From the NCBI GenBank assembly GCA_039794405.1, contig JBDIVL010000002.1:39403-71402 (forward strand): DNA of 32,000 bases. Direction: 5' to 3'. The notes under the pieces are model-generated. The model was not told where the DNA came from. It saw only the letters and a list, made by a program, of their open reading frames with translations, and did not search any database. Source of the DNA: Candidatus Brocadiaceae bacterium (GTDB lineage: Bacteria > Planctomycetota > Brocadiia > Brocadiales > Brocadiaceae). This document shows, in pieces, positions 25,953-32,000 of the stretch (positions are counted from its first letter, which is position 1; each line of letters begins with the position of its first letter). Both the position numbers and the translations under genes were made by a program.

Positions 25953-26984
25953 ATGGAACAAAAAATTACATCATCAAACATATTAGTAGTGGATGATGAT
26001 CTCGGCGTAAGAGAATCATTAAAAATGATCCTAAAAGACAGGTATTTTATTTCTACTGCATCAAATGTTGATGAAGCCGCCAATGCCTTGAAAGAAATTA
26101 GCCCATTAACAATCTTCCTGGATATAAGAATGCCCAAATCGAATGGGCTTGATTTTCTTAAAAGGATGCAATCTACTAACCCTTCGATTCCAATAATTAT
26201 CATTACGGCATTTCCTTCTTCACAAACTGCAATAACGGCATTGAGAAATGGTGCCTTTGATTATATCGTGAAACCCTTTGAGCCATCAGAAATACTTGAA
26301 ACAGTAGAAAGGGCTTCGCAGCATTATGCTGAATTATCGGAAAAAGACCGGCTTATCTATAACCTGAGAAAGGCCGTTCACAAAAATTTCTTTTCAACGA
26401 CAGAAGCACTCTTGCTCGCAATAGATGCAAAAGACTCATACACTGCAGGTCATTCGAAAAGGGTATCTCAACTGTTTTCCTTTGTTGCAAAAGACCTCGG
26501 CATGAGCCAATCGAAAATTGAAGTCTTTCAATATGGAGCATTTCTCCATGATATCGGGAAAATAGGTATCAGCGATAATGTACTAACAAAGCCAGGTATC
26601 CTTACCGACGAAGAATTCCTTTTTATAAAGCGCCATCCTGAAATTGGCTATAAAATTCTTGAACCTATCAATTTTTTAAAAGAATGTTTATTAATCGTTC
26701 GTCATCACCATGAATGGTATAACGGTACTGGTTATCCAGATGGACTCAAAGGAACAGAAATTCCTCACGAGGCTACTATCCTTTCTATCGTAGACGCCTA
26801 CGATGCGTTAACCACTGATAGGCATTATCGCAAAAAATATACCCACCCAAATGCACTTGCGATTATTACAGAAAGAATACATACTCAATTTACACCAACC
26901 TTGACGGAGAAGGTTCTTACTTCCATTAACACATATCATAGAATTAATACGAGTGATGAACCATTTGAAGAGTTTTCAAAATGA
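25953..26984 (+). CDS. Response regulator with HD-GYP output domain (RpfG-like c-di-GMP phosphodiesterase)
   Basis: Receiver features are ILVVDDD...FLDIRMP...K. HD is LHDIGKIG and the HD-GYP signature is HHHEWYNGTGYPDGL. The start was moved to the ATG at 25953, with GGAGG at 25937-25941. Confidence 0.85.
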   Translation: MEQKITSSNILVVDDDLGVRESLKMILKDRYFISTASNVDEAANALKEISPLTIFLDIRMPKSNGLDFLKRMQSTNPSIPIIIITAFPSSQTAITALRNGAFDYIVKPFEPSEILETVERASQHYAELSEKDRLIYNLRKAVHKNFFSTTEALLLAIDAKDSYTAGHSKRVSQLFSFVAKDLGMSQSKIEVFQYGAFLHDIGKIGISDNVLTKPGILTDEEFLFIKRHPEIGYKILEPINFLKECLLIVRHHHEWYNGTGYPDGLKGTEIPHEATILSIVDAYDALTTDRHYRKKYTHPNALAIITERIHTQFTPTLTEKVLTSINTYHRINTSDEPFEEFSK

Positions 26985-27045
26985 AAATGATTTGTGCAGT
27001 TAAGTATCTCAACATAAATATTTGTATCTTTATTTTCCCAAAGAT

Positions 27046-27087
27046 GGTTCAATCTTGCAGATTGAACTATCCCTGAGAATGCTCCTG
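27046..27087. repeat. GGTTCAATC hairpin plus CCCTGAGAATGCTCCTG module, 17 nt upstream of the FadL-like start
   Basis: ggttcaatc-ttgca-gattgaac lies at 27046-27067. ccctgagaatgctcctg lies at 27071-27087 and matches 14560-14576 at 16/17. Confidence 0.65.
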
Positions 27088-27104
27088 ATAAGGGTACAAA
27101 AATT

Positions 27105-28460
27105 ATGTTCAGGTACTTAAATAATATTTGTATACAGGTGCTTACGATAAAACGACCGCTCGTATTTTGTATTTTTACTCTTACTCTCCTTTCATCCTTT
27201 TTTGAAAGAGCAAATGTATTTGCACAAATAGCATCAGGATTGCATAACCCCGCCCTGGGGGCTTCAGCGCTCGCTCAAGGAAACGCCTTTGCAGCCCGTG
27301 CGAATGATACATCTGCCATAGCATTTAACCCGGCCGGACTTATGCAACTTGAGAGACCGGAGATCTCCTCAGGTGCCAGCGTCCTCTTCTCATCAGTAGA
27401 ATATCACAATACCAATATTGATGAAGAAATGGAGGCAATAAATGTTGTTCCGAATATGTATTTTGCAAGTCCAATTATTGAAAACAAACTATCTGCAGGT
27501 ATCGGAATAATCGCCCCTTATGGCCTCGATGGTGAATGGGATGATGACGGATTCTCCAGATTTGTAGTTACAGATTTTAGTTTAAGAATTATTAATATAA
27601 ATCCAACTCTAGCCTTCAAACCATTTTCTTTCCTCTCTTTCGGTGCAGGGTTTAACTATTATTATGCAGATGTTGAACTAGGAAAACATATGAATACAGG
27701 TTTAGTTAATTCAGTCTTAACCGGTTCCATCCTGGATAATAGCACTCCTGAGGGAATCCAGGACCTTGATATGCATGGAGATGCTTTTGGATATAATGCT
27801 GGTATGCTCTGTAATATTACTCCACGTCATAGTATTGGGGTTTCATTTCGAAGCAAGGCAGATATAGATTTTGAAGGTAAGTTGAGACTCTCCAACCTGA
27901 GCGGCGCAGCCGCATCGTTATTTGGTTCCCATACCTTTGTTTCAAAAACTTCCACAACTGTTACAATACCGGAAATGCTCTCATTTGGTTATGCATATAA
28001 ACACGGAAGTCTCTGGAGTATAGAAGCAGATGTTCAGTGGACAAACTGGTCCCGGTTCGATATCCTCAAATCCCATTTCAGACCAACAAATCCCTTGTTA
28101 GAGGCAAATAAGGAGGATATTCGAAAATGGCATAACACCCTGGGGTTTGCTCTTGGTGGTGAATATAAGTTCAATGAAGCTATAAAAATACGAGGTGGCT
28201 ATGCCTTTCATGAGTCTCCGGTTCCAGGCGAAACCTTTGAACCCTCGGTCCCTCAAAGTAGCAGGCATGCGTTATTTACAGGATTCGGATATAGTTGGGG
28301 AAAAAATTTAAACAAATGGATAGATTTTGCTTATGGAATTGTATTCTACGAAAACAGAAAAATAGATAATTCTGTAGGGGATTCCGTACAAGGTCCTATT
28401 GATGGACATTACGACCTTATTACACATATCGCAGCTATAAATTTTAATTACAGGTTTTAA
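27105..28460 (+). CDS. Outer-membrane hydrophobic-compound/long-chain fatty acid channel (FadL/OMPP1/TodX family)
   Basis: A signal peptide is present. The family motif is AIAFNPAGLMQL, the sequence has alternating beta-strand character, and the C-terminus is INFNYRF with a terminal Phe. Confidence 0.75.
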   Translation: MFRYLNNICIQVLTIKRPLVFCIFTLTLLSSFFERANVFAQIASGLHNPALGASALAQGNAFAARANDTSAIAFNPAGLMQLERPEISSGASVLFSSVEYHNTNIDEEMEAINVVPNMYFASPIIENKLSAGIGIIAPYGLDGEWDDDGFSRFVVTDFSLRIININPTLAFKPFSFLSFGAGFNYYYADVELGKHMNTGLVNSVLTGSILDNSTPEGIQDLDMHGDAFGYNAGMLCNITPRHSIGVSFRSKADIDFEGKLRLSNLSGAAASLFGSHTFVSKTSTTVTIPEMLSFGYAYKHGSLWSIEADVQWTNWSRFDILKSHFRPTNPLLEANKEDIRKWHNTLGFALGGEYKFNEAIKIRGGYAFHESPVPGETFEPSVPQSSRHALFTGFGYSWGKNLNKWIDFAYGIVFYENRKIDNSVGDSVQGPIDGHYDLITHIAAINFNYRF

Positions 28461-28517
28461 TATTAAAGAAAAATTTACTCAATATCGTACGGTCACTTTG
28501 CATAGGTAAAAACACTT

Positions 28518-29318
28518 ATGATAGAGATAAAACGAATTCACCTATTTGAGTTAGAAGATTTAAAATGGTTTCCGGCAGTATTTCGTAATCTATTAACTGA
28601 TGCTCTGCAATTTAACATAACAGCATTCCAAATTTATACACCAGTTATTTCACTTCTTAAAAAACTCATACACCATATGAATACAACGCAAATCATTGAT
28701 TTGTGTTCCGGTTCTTCGGGACCGTGGATAAAACTACAAACCCAATTAGCATACGAAAAGCATCCAGTATCTGTCACACTAACTGATAAATATCCAAATA
28801 TTAAAGCATTTAAAAGGACTGCAGAACTATCCAAAAATCAAATACAGTATATTGAAAAGTCAGTTGAAGCAACGAATGTACCAGCACACTTAACGGGAAT
28901 TAGAACCATTTTTACCGGTTTTCATCATTTCAAACCAAATCTTGCAAGGGCTATATTACAAAATGCGGTTGATCAGGAAGCAGCTATTGGCATTTTTGAA
29001 TTCACAGGGAAGCGCTTGCAAAATTTGCTCCTCACTCCCGTTATTACGCCATTGACTATTTTCTTAACAACACCATTCATAAAGCCAATCACCTTTACCA
29101 GAATCTTTTGGACATATATGATTCCAATTATCCCTCTAGCTACTACATGGGATAGTATCGTTTCTTACTTAAGAACGTACTCACCCCAAGAGCTTAAGAA
29201 ACTAGTTAGTTCTCTCAATAGTAAAGGCTATGTATGGGAAATAGGAGAGGCTGCTTCTTCTAAAGGAAAAATTATCACCATCACCTATCTGCTTGGATAT
29301 CCCGAACATCCAAAGTAG
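28518..29318 (+). CDS. Putative SAM-dependent methyltransferase-fold protein with a hydrophobic C-terminal segment
   Basis: The motif-I-like sequence is IIDLCSGSSGPW, followed by LTDKYPN. Hydrophobic stretches are LLLTPVITPLTIFLTTPFI and IFWTYMIPIIPLATTW. This is a weak, pattern-only call. Confidence 0.35.
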   Translation: MIEIKRIHLFELEDLKWFPAVFRNLLTDALQFNITAFQIYTPVISLLKKLIHHMNTTQIIDLCSGSSGPWIKLQTQLAYEKHPVSVTLTDKYPNIKAFKRTAELSKNQIQYIEKSVEATNVPAHLTGIRTIFTGFHHFKPNLARAILQNAVDQEAAIGIFEFTGKRLQNLLLTPVITPLTIFLTTPFIKPITFTRIFWTYMIPIIPLATTWDSIVSYLRTYSPQELKKLVSSLNSKGYVWEIGEAASSKGKIITITYLLGYPEHPK

Positions 29319-29537
29319 CACTCATGAACTGAGCTAAAGTATCCAGTGGATGAACTCAAGCCATGGGGAGAAATAACCCAGAGACCGGAAAGGGTAAACG
29401 TTCACCTTTGAGCTAAAGGCAGCCGAGCTGGTTAACCGTCCGTAGTTAAACCGAAAGTTTGGTACGCATCATAAGCTTGAGCTTGACATCGATTCAGAAA
29501 TTACAGACCAACTTCAAACGTGTTGCTCAAGACCCAG

Positions 29538-29585
29538 AATTGAACCAACCTTGAGGATCTGTCCGAAAACAGGAATTGTCATTCC
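29538..29585. repeat. Half-site AATTGAACCAACC plus an inverted copy of the GGAATGACAAT-CCTGTTTTCGGA module
   Basis: aattgaaccaacc lies at 29538-29550. The reverse complement of 29558-29585 (ggaatgacaattcctgttttcggacaga) matches 14582-14609 at 26/28. Confidence 0.6.
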
Positions 29586-29784
29586 AAATGAAGGAGAATA
29601 AGGTAAAGAAATGATTGGTATTTAAAAGATTATTAAAAAAAACGGACACTTCGGCAACTCTTTTCGGTCCATGGAGAGACACACAGCAGTTATGTAGGAT
29701 ATTGTCCACCGAAAATAAGCAACATGGACGAATGAACGATATTTTCGTGGGCAATACCCACCCAACTAGATTAGCTTGATTTTA

Positions 29785-31008
29785 TTAAATAGCCACCTTT
29801 GCTCTACTTTTCTTTTGAGTTTCAGGCTTAAGACCTATCTCTTCATCGGTAAGATAACAAGCAGGGTCATGCTCCCACATGTCGCCATAGTATGCTTCTG
29901 CCCTTGCCCTGAAATTTCCACTGCATATATTAAGCCATCTGCACTTCGAACAGCGCCCTTTGATATATGGGTTTTTGTTCTTCAATCTGGCCATTAACTC
30001 GTTAGAAGTGTCCTCCCAAATCTCGCTAAACTTCCTCCTCCTTATATTTCCGAAGGAATATTGCCTCCAGAACTGATCTGCATGTACCTCACCATCCCAA
30101 CTTATACAAGCAAGCCCTTTGCCAGAGCTGTTTCCTTCATTCCACTGGAGAAGTTCAAGTACATCTTTCGCCCTTTTGGGATCTTCCTTCAAGAGACGTA
30201 GATATACGTATGGCCCGTCGGCATGATTATCTACTGTGAGTACCTCTATTTTTCTTCCCCTGTCATGTGCTTCCCTCGTCTTATCCATTATAAGATCCAC
30301 AACTTCCCGGGTTTCCTTATGAGAAAGATCTTCATCTATTAAATTAGAACCCCTGCCTGAGTAGACCAGGTGATAGAAACAGACCCTTGGGATACCCTCT
30401 TCCTCAATAAGCTGGAAAATACCAGGGATATCGTGAGCATTCCTTTTATTGATGGTAAAACGCAGGCCTACCTTGATTCCTACAGACATACAATTTCGTA
30501 TACCCTCTAAGGCTGCTTGAAACGCACCAGGAATGCCACGGAAACGATCGTTTGTCTCTTTAAGGCCATCAAGACTTATTCCTACATAGGAAAGTCCGAA
30601 TTTTTTTAATTCATTCGCCTTTTCCCTTGTAATGAGTGTGCCATTCGTACTAATAACAGCCCGCAAACCCTTCTCTTTAGCATAACCAATGAGTTCAAGA
30701 AGATCAGATCTCATAAGAGGCTCTCCACCTGAAAAAAGAATTACAGGAGCCCCATAATTTGAAAGGTCGTCCAACATAGCTTTTGCCTCTTGTGTGGATA
30801 ATTCATTCGGATATTCAATATCCTTTGATTGAGAATAGCAATGGATGCATTTTAAATTACAACGTTGCCCTACATTCCACACTACAACAGGTTTTTTATC
30901 CTGAGAAAATTGTAATAAATGTGATGGTAGCTTCTTAGATTCTCTACCATATCGCAATGCATCAGAGGGTTCTACCGTACCACAATATAACTTTGATATA
31001 CCAATCAT
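29785..31008 (-). CDS. Radical SAM protein with a SPASM/twitch-like C-terminal Cys region (NirJ / AhbC / AhbD family, heme-modification type)
   Basis: The CX3CX2C motif is QRCNLKCIHCYS. The N-terminus ISKLYCGTVEPSDALRYG recalls NirJ/Ahb-type proteins. C-terminal cysteines are CISWDGEVH...GRCSKCRWLNICSG. Confidence 0.65.
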   Translation of the reverse strand: MIGISKLYCGTVEPSDALRYGRESKKLPSHLLQFSQDKKPVVVWNVGQRCNLKCIHCYSQSKDIEYPNELSTQEAKAMLDDLSNYGAPVILFSGGEPLMRSDLLELIGYAKEKGLRAVISTNGTLITREKANELKKFGLSYVGISLDGLKETNDRFRGIPGAFQAALEGIRNCMSVGIKVGLRFTINKRNAHDIPGIFQLIEEEGIPRVCFYHLVYSGRGSNLIDEDLSHKETREVVDLIMDKTREAHDRGRKIEVLTVDNHADGPYVYLRLLKEDPKRAKDVLELLQWNEGNSSGKGLACISWDGEVHADQFWRQYSFGNIRRRKFSEIWEDTSNELMARLKNKNPYIKGRCSKCRWLNICSGNFRARAEAYYGDMWEHDPACYLTDEEIGLKPETQKKSRAKVAI

Positions 31009-31210
31009 GTTACTACATCTCCTGCAAAGGTGTGGTTAACAAACCACATGTTATGTCTATAAGCATCATAGACTTTTTCCTATTTACCATATTAAGAATT
31101 GTAACGAAAAACAATTATTAAGTAAAAAAGATTTTGCTATTATAGCATCCAACAGATGAAATAGAACATCACATAATAAAACAAAATGAACCACAATTTG
31201 ATTAAACCAT

Positions 31211-31234
31211 CACGGACAAACGAGTTTGTCCGTG
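31211..31234 (-). terminator. 10-bp stem / 4-nt loop hairpin 48 nt downstream of the beta-propeller gene stop
   Basis: cacggacaaa (31211-31220) pairs with tttgtccgtg (31225-31234). It is immediately adjacent to a GATTAAACCA half-site at 31200-31209. Confidence 0.4.
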
Positions 31235-31282
31235 CCACCCTATCTAAAATACTGTTCGGTTTCATCCCTTGAGTACTATAGT

Positions 31283-32000
31283 TTACTCACCTAGTGCATA
31301 AATCTTCCAGTCCACACAACCGATATAGAGCGTACTTTTTGCATCAATCGCTGGTGAAGAGAGTAAAGGCTCACCAATCATTGCATTCCATTTAAGGGAC
31401 CCATCGTTATGAATAGCATATACCTTACCATCCCATGAACCAATGTAGATAACACCATTTGCGTCAATTACCGGTGATGCTGTAATTGAATTTCCGGTTT
31501 TAAATTTCCATTTTAAGGTACCATCTTTTTTTATCGCACAAAGAAAACCATCCTGTGTCCCAATATAGATTGTTTGATCAGTATCAACAGCCGGGGAAGA
31601 GTGTGTCCGGCTACCCAAGTCAAACCCCCATTTTAATGTCCCATCAAGATTAACGGCATATAATTTCCCATTCATATCGGCAATATAAACCGTACCATCG
31701 CCAACGGCAGGAGAGGCATCCAGCTTGCCTTCTGTTTCAAGACGCCATTTTAAACTTCCGTCCGGATTCAAGGCATACAAATGTTTATCCCAGGAGCCGA
31801 CATAAATGGTATTATCCGGCCCTATAGCAGGCGAAGAGGTCATAATCGGTGCTCCGGTATCATAACTCCATGAAAGCCTTCCGTTATTACCGATGGCATA
31901 GAGTTTCCCATCGTAAGAACTAACATATACATTACCTTTTTCATCAATTACTGGTGAAGAATGAATAGCCCCCTTGGTCTGAAACTTCCACTTTAACCTT
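31283..32000 (-). CDS. PQQ-like / BamB-like beta-propeller repeat protein, C-terminal part (5' end outside the window)
   Basis: About 40-aa repeats of the form Y(V/I)G(S/T)xDGxLYA(L/V/I)xxDG(S/T)LKW recur throughout. The reading frame stays open through 32000. Confidence 0.75.
   Translation of the reverse strand, partial: RLKWKFQTKGAIHSSPVIDEKGNVYVSSYDGKLYAIGNNGRLSWSYDTGAPIMTSSPAIGPDNTIYVGSWDKHLYALNPDGSLKWRLETEGKLDASPAVGDGTVYIADMNGKLYAVNLDGTLKWGFDLGSRTHSSPAVDTDQTIYIGTQDGFLCAIKKDGTLKWKFKTGNSITASPVIDANGVIYIGSWDGKVYAIHNDGSLKWNAMIGEPLLSSPAIDAKSTLYIGCVDWKIYALGE

Noticed and set aside
25871-26203. A 110-aa minus-strand ORF overlapping the start of the HD-GYP regulator gene.
   Set aside because: It is antisense to a confidently identified receiver domain, with a low-complexity translation and no ribosome-binding site.
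29527-29754. A 75-aa minus-strand ORF in the convergent spacer.
   Set aside because: Its 3' end (C-terminal codons) overlaps the shared repeat modules at 29538-29585. It has no motifs or ribosome-binding site and an atypical Cys/Phe-rich composition.

Overview
No search tools were used, so all calls rest on reading the ORF translations for family motifs and reading the DNA for repeats. The window is about 40% GC and gene-dense, with most genes on the minus strand. A secreted octaheme HAO-like cytochrome c, siroheme-branch heme genes and a cluster of FabF paralogues, an ACP and a radical-SAM enzyme suggest an anammox planctomycete (Brocadiales-like); this is inference only. Ordinary content: DinG-like helicase 3' end, SDR, TruD, RNase H-like protein, urea transporter, CobA/HemD fusion, GDPD-HEAT fusion, LptC/LptA-like protein, FadL-like porin, NirJ/Ahb-like radical SAM protein and a PQQ-like beta-propeller. 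The main finding is a seven-gene minus-strand block (14627-25529). It runs REC-GAF-PAS kinase, CLF-like ketosynthase lacking its catalytic residues, canonical FabF-type KS, dedicated ACP, B12-type radical SAM with a CX4CX2C motif, a KS with a Cys-His-Gln triad, then a membrane GAF-PAS kinase. It diverges from a REC-HD-GYP regulator, a FadL-like porin and a methyltransferase-like gene. This looks like an uncharacterised specialised lipid pathway, either a ladderane-type candidate or an Rpf/DSF-like acyl-signal system. Secondary findings are an intergenic hairpin family (GGTTCAATC-N5-6-GATTGAACC) with mosaic partner modules, a RAYT-like transposase carrying its own palindrome inside its CDS, a MITE-like element and decayed gene remnants.
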